Program-made: the position numbers and the translations under genes | NCBI GenBank assembly: GCA_024636345.1 | Contig: JAGXHG010000037.1 | Coordinates: 68,191-132,190 of the forward strand | Source: Desulfobulbaceae bacterium | GTDB taxonomy: Bacteria > Desulfobacterota > Desulfobulbia > Desulfobulbales > Desulfocapsaceae | Direction: 5' to 3' | Length of the DNA stretch: 64,000 nt | The notes under the pieces: generated by a model | Databases searched by the model: none | What the model was told of the DNA's origin: nothing | The model's input: the letters and a program-made list of their open reading frames with translations, nothing else | Part shown: positions 31,565 to 40,905 of the stretch, in pieces | How positions within the stretch are numbered: the first letter of the stretch is position 1 | Layout: the number at the start of each line of letters is the position of its first letter

Positions 31565-32266
31565 CTACCCTTTCATCCGATAACCAATCCCGCGCACGGT
31601 TTCAATACATTCTCCTGAGGCCCCCAGCTTCTTCCTGAGGCCGAAGACCTGAACATCCACTGCCCTCGGAGTAATGACATAATCATAGCCCCGCACCCCG
31701 TCAATAATCTGCTGGCGACTGAAGACCCAACCCGGACGCCGCGCCAGAAGATCAAGAATGCTGAACTCAGTCACCGTCAGAGAGACGGTGCTGCCCGCCG
31801 CCACCACTTCATACCGTTTAGGATCAATAACGATGTCGTGGATCTTGAGCAGGCCATCTTTTGAATCCCTGCCATCTTCACCGGACAATTCCTCCCGCCT
31901 GCGCAGGGCCGATTTGATACGGGATACAAGAATCTTGGGACTGAACGGCTTGGTGATATAGTCGTCCGCACCCAGATCCAGACCGGAGGTCACATCATTT
32001 TCCTCACCCTTGGCCGTCAGCATTATAATAGGCAGGGTTCTGGTTTGCGGATCCTTGCGCAGAATCTTGCACACCTCAAAACCATTGAGACTGGGCAGCA
32101 TGATATCCAACACCATCAAGTCCGGCAGCTCACGTTTCACGCTCGCCAGGGCTTGCTCGCCATTATCGGCATAGAGGACATTAAATCCAGCCTTTGCCAG
32201 ATTGTAGCCAACCAGTTGCTGAATATTTTCGTCATCTTCTACAATAAGGATGGTTTCTCTGGCCAC
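31565..32266 (-). CDS. phoB: OmpR/PhoB-family response regulator, last gene of the pst-phoU string
   Basis: REC domain (ILIVEDDENI...DLMVLDIMLP...MLTAK) plus a winged-helix output domain (LTVTEFSILDLLARRPGWVFSRQQII...VDVQVFGLRKKL). The position after phoU supports PhoB. Confidence 0.8.
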   Translation of the reverse strand: MARETILIVEDDENIQQLVGYNLAKAGFNVLYADNGEQALASVKRELPDLMVLDIMLPSLNGFEVCKILRKDPQTRTLPIIMLTAKGEENDVTSGLDLGADDYITKPFSPKILVSRIKSALRRREELSGEDGRDSKDGLLKIHDIVIDPKRYEVVAAGSTVSLTVTEFSILDLLARRPGWVFSRQQIIDGVRGYDYVITPRAVDVQVFGLRKKLGASGECIETVRGIGYRMKG

Positions 32267-32401
32267 TCGTTACTCCTTCTGCATAATAATTATCAAGATA
32301 CCAAAACCATGCTCCATTAAATAAAAAAAGGGGAGGGTTTTAATGAATCATTTTTTTAAAAGCGTCTACAAACTCTAAATGATACTGTTTAACAATGGGG
32401 T

Positions 32402-33088
32402 TCACAAGACCATATTATGGCGGACAATCTTGCCTTGTTGCATATAAATGATGTCTTCGCAGATATTGGTACAGTGATCGGCAATACGTTCCGTGCTTCT
32501 GGCCACACTAAGCAACTTGGCCAGATATACATGCTGGGCCGGAGTACTCATGATAATCTCTTCCAGCTCATTATAAATGGTGCGCTTGGCTTTATCCACT
32601 TCATCATCGGCCAGACAGACCTTGTAGGCAAGATCCGTATCCTCGTTGATAAAGGCCTCCATAGCCTGCCTGAACATGCACAATGTTTTATCAAACATCT
32701 CATTGAACATTTCCGGCACCTGCATCGAATCAGACAGGAATTTCACCGGATCCAATTTATACAGCAAGAGCACCTTATCGGCAATCTTAGCCACCAGGTC
32801 GCCAATGCGTTCAAGATCACTATTCACTTTCAAGACCGTAACTAAAAATCGCAGATCACTGGCAACGGGCTGATGCAAGGCCATAATACGCAGACATGCC
32901 TCTTCCACATCGATCTCGATAGAATCGACCTCGACCCTGTCAGTCTGCATGACCTGATAGGCGAGATCAGGATTCTTCTCAATCAATGCCTTGATCGCAC
33001 ATTGCAAATTCTCTTCAACGACGGTGCCAAGATAAACAATATGGCCTTTCAAGGTCTCAATTTCAGTTTGGATATTAGGTGCCATCAA
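32402..33088 (-). CDS. phoU: Phosphate signalling complex protein PhoU
   Basis: Two PhoU repeats with the conserved E/D-xxx-D motifs (VEVDSIEIDVEE..., DDEVDKAKRTIYNE...). Confidence 0.9.
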   Translation of the reverse strand: MMAPNIQTEIETLKGHIVYLGTVVEENLQCAIKALIEKNPDLAYQVMQTDRVEVDSIEIDVEEACLRIMALHQPVASDLRFLVTVLKVNSDLERIGDLVAKIADKVLLLYKLDPVKFLSDSMQVPEMFNEMFDKTLCMFRQAMEAFINEDTDLAYKVCLADDEVDKAKRTIYNELEEIIMSTPAQHVYLAKLLSVARSTERIADHCTNICEDIIYMQQGKIVRHNMVL

Positions 33089-33191
33089 GGTACTCCTTCT
33101 TCCCTTTCAGAAACTTTATCAATCAACAACAAACAAAACGCATAATCACCTATAACCCCCATGATCAAGTCCTTTGGGGCAGCCGCGGTTC

Positions 33192-33980
33192 TCAACCAAA
33201 CCGGCCGGTGATATAGTCCTCGGTTTCCTTCCGTTCAGGAACAGTGAACAGTTTCTGGGTCGGTCCGTATTCAATCAGTTCACCCAGATACATGTAGGCG
33301 GTGTAATCAGAGATACGGGCGGCCTGCTGCATATTATGGGTCACAATAATGATTGTATATTCGCCGCGAAGCTCCCGAATAAGCTCCTCAATCCTTGATG
33401 TTGACCGGGGATCAAGGGCAGAGCAGGGTTCATCCATGAGGATAATCTCAGGATTGACCGCCACGGCCCGGGCAATACAGAGACGCTGCATCTGGCCCCC
33501 GGACAGGCCCATGGCCGATTGCTGCAGGCGGTCTTTTACCTCATCCCAGAGAGCTGCACGTTTCAGACTTTGCTCCACGGCCTGATCCAGTACGCCTCGC
33601 TCCTTGATCCCGGCAATACGCAAGCCATAAATGACATTCTCATAAATGGATTTAGGAAAAGGATTCCACTTCTGGAAAACCATGCCCACCTTGCGCCGCA
33701 GTTCAATGACATCAAGGGAAGGATCATTGATATTTTCACCATCAATGGTAATCGACCCTTCGATCCGCAATCCCTCTACCAAATCATTCATCCGGTTAAT
33801 ACAACGTAGAAAAGTCGACTTACCACAACCGGAAGGACCGATCAAGGCCGTCACCTGACTTGCGGGAATCCCAAAGCTCATGTCCGTGAGCGCCTGGCTG
33901 TTACCATAAAAGAGATTCAGGTGCTCAACCTCAACCTGTGGTTTTTCAATAGACATGATGGCAGTAGCGGAGTGTGACAT
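33192..33980 (-). CDS. pstB: Phosphate ABC transporter ATP-binding protein PstB
   Basis: Walker [10 protein letters not shown], signature [14 protein letters not shown] and Walker [12 protein letters not shown]. The PstB-typical N-terminus is present. Confidence 0.95.
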   Translation of the reverse strand: MSHSATAIMSIEKPQVEVEHLNLFYGNSQALTDMSFGIPASQVTALIGPSGCGKSTFLRCINRMNDLVEGLRIEGSITIDGENINDPSLDVIELRRKVGMVFQKWNPFPKSIYENVIYGLRIAGIKERGVLDQAVEQSLKRAALWDEVKDRLQQSAMGLSGGQMQRLCIARAVAVNPEIILMDEPCSALDPRSTSRIEELIRELRGEYTIIIVTHNMQQAARISDYTAYMYLGELIEYGPTQKLFTVPERKETEDYITGRFG

Positions 33981-33989
33981 AATATATCC

Positions 33990-34052
33990 TTATTAGGAGC
34001 CGTTACGAAATAACCATTACCTTCCTGACCATTTCGTTACGGCTCCTTATGC
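33990..34052. repeat. Palindromic MITE/REP-like element, copy a, inside the pst operon between pstA and pstB
   Basis: GGAGCCGTTACGAAAT-aaccattaccttcctgacc-ATTTCGTTACGGCTCC followed by TTATGC. It shares about 22-nt termini (GCATAARGAGCCGTWACGAAAT) with copies at 41155-41272, 53529-53589 and 9186-9250. Confidence 0.75.
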
Positions 34053-34095
34053 CGTTTACGGCATTCCAATGTTATGATTAATTTTGCATGACAGC

Positions 34096-35703
34096 TTAAA
34101 GGTCAGCGACGGAAAAGCGCTCTCGCATTCTATTGCGGAGATAAATTGCCGTGCTTGTCATGATGAGTACGATCAGAATCAACAACAAAGTGGTGACATA
34201 GACCATGGGTTTTGCCGCCTCGACATTGGGCGATTGAAAGCCGATATCATAGATATGAAAACCCAGGTGCATAAACTTGCGGTCCAGGTGTAGATATGGG
34301 AAACTGCCATCAAGCGGCAGTGCCGGTGCCAGCTTGACCACACCAGTGATCATCAGGGGAGCCACCTCACCTGCGGCCCTGGCCATGGCCAGAATAAAGC
34401 CAGTCAAAATGCCAGGGGAAGCCATAGGCAAGAGAATCCTGGTAAGGGTCTGGAATTTAGTCGCCGCCAGGGCCTGTGATCCTTCACGAATACCAGGTGG
34501 AATCGCCCCCAGAGCCTCTTCAGTGGCGACAATGACCACGGGCACTGTCAGAAGCCCCAGAGTCATACTGGCCCAGAGAATTCCACCTGTACCAAAGGTG
34601 GGGGTGGGCAATTTTTCAGGGAAAAAAAGCAGATCGATCTGACTACCAATCCCGTACACAAAAAAACCAAGACCAAAAATACCATAGACAATGGAAGGGA
34701 TACCAGCCAGATTATTGACGGCAATACGCACCATCTTAACCAGATACCCTTCTCTGGCATATTCGCGCAGATAAATCCCGGCAAGAACACCCAAGGGGAA
34801 GGAAAGAATACTCATCATAAAAATCAGCATGATTGTGCCGAAGATCGCCGGGAATAATCCTCCTTCGGTATTGGATTCCCGCGGCTCAGCAAACAGTAGC
34901 TCCCTCAGTCGTTTCCCGTAATAACTCCATTTCTGCAACCATGACATGGAGTTGGGTTGATAATAGCGGACGATATCGGCCAGGCGGATCGTTTTCTCCT
35001 GACCATTAGCATCAACGAAAACGGCCTCATTTGCCGCTACTATCCCTTGCTTGCTGCCAAGCACAGAAACAAGTTTTTCAAATTCTGCTTTAATCGTATT
35101 TACCTTGTCGTGCAAGGCAACGGTAGCAGGTGTATGTTCTTCCTTCTTGTACCGTAACTTGAGAAGCTTGTTATTGTTCTGTTCAACCTTGTCATTGAGG
35201 GCAGCAATCTGACGGTCAATTTTTTCGACCTCAAGTCGTTGCGGCTCAATGGCATCAAGAGCTGCCTGCAAATTTTCTTTCTTCTCTGCAGGTAGGACAA
35301 GACCGGGTGTTTTCAACTCCTTTAACGAACCATAAAAATTACCATTTTCCTGCCGTTCAAGAACATAGATATCTGAGGGCGTGCTGAAGCTCTTTATGTC
35401 CTCGGTGTCAATCCATTTAAAATCAAGGCTATACAGATCACGGTTGCCGATCTTGAATTGAAATCTTTTTTTGCCGGTGGCTGGATTTTTTTCATCCTTG
35501 ACAAGCTCGCCCAGCGCATATCCACCATTGTTCAAGGTTGCCAGGATCACATCCTTGGGCCAGAAAACGGTTATCCCGTTAGCCAGCACCACATAAAAAA
35601 GAAGCACGGTCATAAAAAGGACCAGCGTCAGGGCCAGAGCTGTGCCCCACACAAACGGTTCTCCTTGCCGCCAGAATTTATTTGTTGATTTCTTTGTCGC
35701 CAT
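34096..35703 (-). CDS. pstA: Phosphate ABC transporter permease PstA, long form (535 aa)
   Basis: The C-terminal ~280 aa form the PstA permease core. One N-terminal TM is followed by a ~230-aa extracytoplasmic insert with a coiled coil (RQIAALNDKVEQNNNKLLKLRYKKEE). Confidence 0.88.
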   Translation of the reverse strand: MATKKSTNKFWRQGEPFVWGTALALTLVLFMTVLLFYVVLANGITVFWPKDVILATLNNGGYALGELVKDEKNPATGKKRFQFKIGNRDLYSLDFKWIDTEDIKSFSTPSDIYVLERQENGNFYGSLKELKTPGLVLPAEKKENLQAALDAIEPQRLEVEKIDRQIAALNDKVEQNNNKLLKLRYKKEEHTPATVALHDKVNTIKAEFEKLVSVLGSKQGIVAANEAVFVDANGQEKTIRLADIVRYYQPNSMSWLQKWSYYGKRLRELLFAEPRESNTEGGLFPAIFGTIMLIFMMSILSFPLGVLAGIYLREYAREGYLVKMVRIAVNNLAGIPSIVYGIFGLGFFVYGIGSQIDLLFFPEKLPTPTFGTGGILWASMTLGLLTVPVVIVATEEALGAIPPGIREGSQALAATKFQTLTRILLPMASPGILTGFILAMARAAGEVAPLMITGVVKLAPALPLDGSFPYLHLDRKFMHLGFHIYDIGFQSPNVEAAKPMVYVTTLLLILIVLIMTSTAIYLRNRMRERFSVADL

Positions 35704-35714
35704 GATTGCTCCTG

Positions 35715-37940
35715 TTAGTAGCGGCCATATTTTTTCCGCAGCCGCTCTCGGATAACTTCAGCCCCGGTATTTAAAATAAACGTCAGGGCAAAAAGAAGGG
35801 TGGCGCAAAGGAAAAGTACCCGATACAAGGTTCCATTAAAAGGTGCTTCCGGAATTTCCACCGCAATATTGGCCGATAAGGTTCGCATACCGTTAAAAAT
35901 AGACCAGTCCATAATTGGGGTATTGCCGGTTGCCATAAGGACAATCATGGTCTCTCCCACCGCTCGGCCGAAACCGATCATGATTGCCGCAAAAATTCCA
36001 GGGCTGGCAGAGGGCAGAACCACTCGCCAGATGGTCTGCCAGCGGCTGGCACCAAGGGCCAGGGAGGCACCAGTCAAACTGGATGGAATATTGGAAATGG
36101 CATCTTCGGTAATGGAAAAAATAATGGGAATAACGGCAATACCAAGACCAAACGCGATAATAATACAATTGCGCTGATCATAGCGAACGCCCAGATCGCT
36201 GTAGAGCCATTGCAGAAAATTACCACTGAAAAACGCTTTTTCCACTCCCGGGGCCATCCATACCGCCAAACCCACTGTGGATAAGATGACCGGCACCAGC
36301 AGCAGAAATTCATAACCGCTACACCTGTTCTTCAGGGTGGGGGTTTTGTAATAGGGCTGCATAATCGTCATCATAATAACCAGAACAAGCGGCAGCAGCA
36401 TACTGAAAAGGAGAAGCTCAACGATGGACTTTTCAATAATAGGACCCAGCCATAAGGCGATGAGAAAACCAATGACCACCGATGGCACAGAGGCCATGAT
36501 CTCAATCAGAGGTTTGATAGTCTTTTTAAAACCATAACTGGTAAACTGACTGGTATAAACAGCACTAAAGATGGAAAGTGGAATTGCAAAGATCATGGCA
36601 TAGAGTGTGCCTTTAATGGTTCCAAAAAGCAGGGGAATAATGCTGAATTTCGATTCAAAATCATCACTGCCGCCAGACGATTGCCATACATACTCCGGTT
36701 GGTTATAGCTTTCGTACCATACCTTGCCAAACAGGGTCTTCAAACTCACTTCCGGATGCGGATTGTCAATATTCCAGACAATCAGATTGTTGCTCAGGTC
36801 AAGACCGATCAGGCTGCTATCGCTCCCGGCAATGGCAATATTGGTCAAATTATGCTCAATATCAAGCAGGTGATTTTCACTGGTCATATGGTCATAATGG
36901 ACCTTGCCGTCAGCTCCAAAACTGACCAAGACCTTGGTACGGCGTGAGGCCACAATAGTTACAACAGCGGCCTTGTGCGGGGTAAGTTCATGGATTTTTC
37001 GAATCTTTGTTACCCTTTGCGCTCCATCCCCGGTCCAGATCGGACTCCAGGTGGCCAGCCCACCTTTGGCATCACCAACTGCCACCGAGATATCACCAAA
37101 GACCATGGTCAAGGCCGTAATGGCATCTCCACTGGGAACAGCCAGCACATTATCGGTACGAAGCCCCGCATCCCCGCTTACATCCCAACGCAAGAGACTC
37201 CCTGAGTCCGTGCCCACAAAAAGGGTATCTCCCTTTTCATCAAGGGTAAAAGCCGTAATTTTTCCGGGAATATCTTCGTGCACAGGGAAAGAGACAACCT
37301 CTTTTTTTTCATTGCCAAAAAGGTCGGTGCTCATCACTTCACGCGCTACCCGAAAACTGTTGTCATCGAGAAGCTCAACTTTGGTAAGCCGGCCATCTTC
37401 CGTCTTGCGGACAGCTACACGCAGGATTTCCATGGTTCGCGTCTCAGCAGGGAATTCAGCAATGGTCTTGATCTCAGGTTTGATGGTACGTTTTCCATCC
37501 TCAGCAAAGTGAAACCGAAAAGCAACCTCTGTCATGCTGACACTGTTATCGGCCCACAGCATGCTGTACTGGTTATTCTTATGTAACTCGATGGATTTCA
37601 GAGGAACGTTCTTGCCGGCACCACTCTCCAAGCTCAAAAATGATGTGCCCTTGGCCAGATTGTAAAAGGTAAAAACACCCCTGTCATTCAAGGTAAAGGC
37701 TGTCTCCTGGTAATTATCAACTCCCATGGCGAGCAGGGATTCTGATCCGGGAGAAAGTGGAAACTGAAAGACAATATTGGTCCTGGCTGGCTGAAAGAGA
37801 GGGAGTGTCACGCGGACGATCAGGACCAGAATGGCAATAACACTGGCTATAACCAACAGGCCACCAAAGGTAATGATCCGGGTGGCAATACGATCCTGAA
37901 GACGGACTTTTTGAATGAACTGTGTATCAAGTTTCTGCAT
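35715..37940 (-). CDS. pstC: Phosphate ABC transporter permease PstC, long form (741 aa)
   Basis: The C-terminal ~300 aa form the PstC permease core. One N-terminal TM is followed by a ~400-aa beta-rich extracytoplasmic domain. Confidence 0.88.
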   Translation of the reverse strand: MQKLDTQFIQKVRLQDRIATRIITFGGLLVIASVIAILVLIVRVTLPLFQPARTNIVFQFPLSPGSESLLAMGVDNYQETAFTLNDRGVFTFYNLAKGTSFLSLESGAGKNVPLKSIELHKNNQYSMLWADNSVSMTEVAFRFHFAEDGKRTIKPEIKTIAEFPAETRTMEILRVAVRKTEDGRLTKVELLDDNSFRVAREVMSTDLFGNEKKEVVSFPVHEDIPGKITAFTLDEKGDTLFVGTDSGSLLRWDVSGDAGLRTDNVLAVPSGDAITALTMVFGDISVAVGDAKGGLATWSPIWTGDGAQRVTKIRKIHELTPHKAAVVTIVASRRTKVLVSFGADGKVHYDHMTSENHLLDIEHNLTNIAIAGSDSSLIGLDLSNNLIVWNIDNPHPEVSLKTLFGKVWYESYNQPEYVWQSSGGSDDFESKFSIIPLLFGTIKGTLYAMIFAIPLSIFSAVYTSQFTSYGFKKTIKPLIEIMASVPSVVIGFLIALWLGPIIEKSIVELLLFSMLLPLVLVIMMTIMQPYYKTPTLKNRCSGYEFLLLVPVILSTVGLAVWMAPGVEKAFFSGNFLQWLYSDLGVRYDQRNCIIIAFGLGIAVIPIIFSITEDAISNIPSSLTGASLALGASRWQTIWRVVLPSASPGIFAAIMIGFGRAVGETMIVLMATGNTPIMDWSIFNGMRTLSANIAVEIPEAPFNGTLYRVLFLCATLLFALTFILNTGAEVIRERLRKKYGRY

Positions 37941-37976
37941 GGAATTCTCGTTTCATTGGCACGAACATGGCTGAAT

Positions 37977-38054
37977 AAAGGAACAGGAAGAGAGTTCAGG
38001 AAGAGATATTCAACAAAAAACCATTTCTTCTCTCTGCTCTTTCCCTGTTCCTTT
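37977..38054 (-). promoter_or_regulatory. Intercistronic imperfect hairpin between pstS and pstC
   Basis: AAAGGAACAGG (37977-37987) pairs with CCTGTTCCTTT (38044-38054), with further AAGAG/CTCTT pairing inside. It lies within the 119-nt pstS-pstC gap. Confidence 0.45.
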
Positions 38055-38059
38055 TTCAA

Positions 38060-39058
38060 TTAATTGAGTTTCGCCAGCTCTTTTGCAACAACTTCAGCAG
38101 GCAGCGGCAGATATCCATCTTTCACCACAATTTCCTGACCCTCTTTGGAGAGGACAAACTTGAGAAATTCAGCAGTCACTGCCGGTAATGGTTTATTGGG
38201 CTCCTTGCCAACATAGATATACAGGGTCCGTGACAGGGGATACTTTCCGGAAAGGACATTCTCATAATTCGGCTCGGCAGCAGCTTCACCCTCTTTGGCG
38301 CTCAAGGCGATTGCCTTCACCCCGGAGGTTTTATAGCCAATACCGGAATAGCCGATACCTGAACGATTCTCGGTTACACCCATAACCACAGAGGCGGAAC
38401 CTGGTTGTTCTTTAACGGTATCTTTATAATCACCTTTGGACAGGGCATGTTCCTTAAAGAAACCATAGGTGCCGGAGGCAGAGTTACGACCAAACAAACT
38501 GAGAGGCAAATTCTGCCATTCACCGGTCAGGCCCAACTGTCCCCAGGTCACATAATCTTCTGCAATTCCACCCTTATGGGTCTTGGAGAAAATGGCATCA
38601 ACCTGGGGCAGGGAGAGAGACTTGAGAGGGTTGTCCTTATTGACAAAGACAGCCAGAGAGTCCAGGGCCACACCAATACGGGTTGGTTTGTAGCCATACT
38701 TGCTGACAAAAGCATCTTCTTCCTCGTTCTTCATGGTCCGGGACATGGGCCCTAACTGAGCGGTTCCGGCAATCAGAGCCGGCGGTGCAGTACTTGACCC
38801 TTTTCCTTCGATCTGGATACGAACATTGGGATACTCCTTGCGGAATGACTCCGCCCAGAAGGTCATCAGATTATTCAAGGTATCAGAGCCGATACTGTCC
38901 ACGTTACCGGACACACCACTGGTCTTCTGGTAGGGGGCAATCTTGGGGTCAACAGTAACTGCGGCCAAAGCACCTGAAGTAGTCAATGCCACCAGACAGC
39001 CTGCCACCATAGCCTTCTTCACTGCCTTTCCGATCAAACTTTTATGCATTTTCATCAT
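38060..39058 (-). CDS. pstS: Phosphate ABC transporter substrate-binding protein PstS
   Basis: Signal peptide, then the motifs [11 protein letters not shown] and SASGTYGFF. The start is ambiguous among three ATGs (39058, 39055, 39049) downstream of AAGGAG (39063-39068). Confidence 0.92.
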   Translation of the reverse strand: MMKMHKSLIGKAVKKAMVAGCLVALTTSGALAAVTVDPKIAPYQKTSGVSGNVDSIGSDTLNNLMTFWAESFRKEYPNVRIQIEGKGSSTAPPALIAGTAQLGPMSRTMKNEEEDAFVSKYGYKPTRIGVALDSLAVFVNKDNPLKSLSLPQVDAIFSKTHKGGIAEDYVTWGQLGLTGEWQNLPLSLFGRNSASGTYGFFKEHALSKGDYKDTVKEQPGSASVVMGVTENRSGIGYSGIGYKTSGVKAIALSAKEGEAAAEPNYENVLSGKYPLSRTLYIYVGKEPNKPLPAVTAEFLKFVLSKEGQEIVVKDGYLPLPAEVVAKELAKLN

Positions 39059-39131
39059 GAATCTCCTTAACAAAAATTTTTATGGCTTATACCCGTGGGG
39101 ACAGATAATTCACCGGTAAGTGATGTTGCCC

Positions 39132-39176
39132 ATAATGCCCCCTCATTGTTAGGATATGATTAAGATTACGTTAGGA
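39132..39176 (-). promoter_or_regulatory. Candidate Pho-box promoter of pstS
   Basis: The minus strand reads TCCTAA-cgtaa-TCTTAA-tcata-TCCTAA-(11 nt)-CATTAT. Hexamers start every 11 bp (+ strand 39171, 39160, 39149). Confidence 0.55.
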
Positions 39177-39249
39177 GATGAACAGGGATTCAGCGGAGTT
39201 CTTCAACATCAATTTTCAAGATGACCACTTTAATCAATAATTAACGGTT

Positions 39250-39294
39250 TCCTAACATGCGAGTAACCTTATCCTAAAATAGACCAGCTATTGT
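39250..39294 (+). promoter_or_regulatory. Candidate Pho-box promoter of the porin gene
   Basis: TCCTAA-catgc-GAGTAA-cctta-TCCTAA-(11 nt)-TATTGT, with hexamer starts at 39250, 39261 and 39272 and the -10-like hexamer at 39289-39294. Confidence 0.5.
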
Positions 39295-39502
39295 CACCGC
39301 ATCATTCAGAGTCAAAAAATGAATGGATATTAAATTCGTTCCAAAACGCCCAACGGGGGCCCATGGTAAGTGATGAAAATAAAAGAAGAAAATTAAAAGT
39401 TATTTCAAAGAGTAATGCCGTCATCGGGACGGCAAAAACGGCACAAGGTACTGGTTATTTGGTAACAGCACCTCAATTTTTATGGAGAAAGGAGAAATAA
39501 AC

Positions 39503-40837
39503 ATGAAAAAGGTATTTTCAACGGCAGCCGCCCTCGGCTTCTGCCTCTACCTACCAGCCGCCGCTCTGGCCGGTGGAAACACAAGTAATGATTCTATTTT
39601 ACGGGAACTTCAAGAGTTACGGGCGCAGGTTTCGTCCCAACAGGCGGAGATCGATATGCTCAAAGAGCAGAAAGCTGTCGCTCCTGCTGAAGACATGGAA
39701 TATCTAAAGACTAAGGTCACGGCCCAACAGGAGCATATTGATGCTATTGAGGCGAAAAAAGGGTTCGTAGTTTCCGGCAATGAACTCATCGACCAGATCA
39801 AACTCAAGGGCGATCTCCGCGTTCGTTACGAGATGCGGGACAAGGATTACAAGGAAGGTAAGGGTGAAGACATTTCCCGCACGCGACTCCGTACCCGTTT
39901 TCGTCTGGGCGGTGTCTGGGACAATAAGGAAGAAAACTGGCAGGTTGGCGCCGGTCTTGCCACAGGTAGCGACGACCCCACCAGTACCAATGACACCTGG
40001 AGCGAAAATAAACCTTTTGAAACCGGCAATATCAATCTTGACTATGCCTATGCGAAACATACATGGGATAAAGTCAGCTTGATGCTGGGCCAGTCGGAAA
40101 ATCCCTATAAGTCCTCCTGGCTTCTCTGGGATGGCGATGTGCGGCTTGCCGGTTTGACCATGGCCTATGGCCAGAAAGAAGGCGTGTTTGCCACGGGAGG
40201 CGCCTATGGGGCAAAATGGGTGGACGATAAAAATATCGCCATGCTCTATATGGGACAGGTGGGATACAATGGCAAGTTCAGCGAAAAAGGCAAGTTCACC
40301 CTTGCCACCGGCTATCAAACCTATAGCCATGAACTCATCAGCGAAGGACTTGATACTTTTTACCTCAACCATGTTGATCCCAACACCTATGACCTGAATA
40401 TCGGTGATCTCTATGGCGATGTCAGCTTTCCTGCCGGACCGGCAAAAATCAAACTGTATGGTCAGATCTGGAAGAACTTCGGTGCCGATGGCCAGATTGG
40501 CCAAAGCCAGGCCGGCAGTAGCTTTCCAGAAACTCCCAATGACAATGACCTGGGTTGGATTCTGGGTGCAGAGGCCAAGGTCAATGACTTCAAGCTGGGC
40601 TATGCCTACTCGATGGTCGAGGCCGACTCCCTTTTTGGCTACCTCTCAGACTCTGATTTTGCCGATGGCCTCTCCAGAACCAACAAACAAGGACACAGGG
40701 TTCAGCTTGGCTACAATCTGAGCAAAAACTGGTCAACCAGCTTAACCTATTTCAACTCCGAGCGCGTTGTAGACTATGCATCGGCCAAAGAAGATCAGGT
40801 CGACCTCTATCAGTTTGACGTCAGCTATAAGTTTTAA
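39503..40837 (+). CDS. Putative porin with N-terminal coiled coil
   Basis: Start at MKKVFSTAAALGFCLYLPAAALA (signal peptide) after AAAGGAGAAA. A coiled coil (LRELQELRAQVSSQQAEIDMLKEQ) precedes a beta-barrel-like repeat pattern. The C-terminus ...FDVSYKF ends in Phe. Confidence 0.78.
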   Translation: MKKVFSTAAALGFCLYLPAAALAGGNTSNDSILRELQELRAQVSSQQAEIDMLKEQKAVAPAEDMEYLKTKVTAQQEHIDAIEAKKGFVVSGNELIDQIKLKGDLRVRYEMRDKDYKEGKGEDISRTRLRTRFRLGGVWDNKEENWQVGAGLATGSDDPTSTNDTWSENKPFETGNINLDYAYAKHTWDKVSLMLGQSENPYKSSWLLWDGDVRLAGLTMAYGQKEGVFATGGAYGAKWVDDKNIAMLYMGQVGYNGKFSEKGKFTLATGYQTYSHELISEGLDTFYLNHVDPNTYDLNIGDLYGDVSFPAGPAKIKLYGQIWKNFGADGQIGQSQAGSSFPETPNDNDLGWILGAEAKVNDFKLGYAYSMVEADSLFGYLSDSDFADGLSRTNKQGHRVQLGYNLSKNWSTSLTYFNSERVVDYASAKEDQVDLYQFDVSYKF

Positions 40838-40866
40838 TCAGCGCAACTTCTCCTGATTACATATCG

Positions 40867-40905
40867 AGCAGGGTGAGGTGAGTTCAAGTCTCACCTCACC
40901 CTGCT
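40867..40905 (+). terminator. Perfect 16-bp hairpin with a T-loop-like 7-nt loop, 30 nt after the porin stop
   Basis: AGCAGGGTGAGGTGAG-TTCAAGT-CTCACCTCACCCTGCT. No U-tract follows. Confidence 0.4.
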
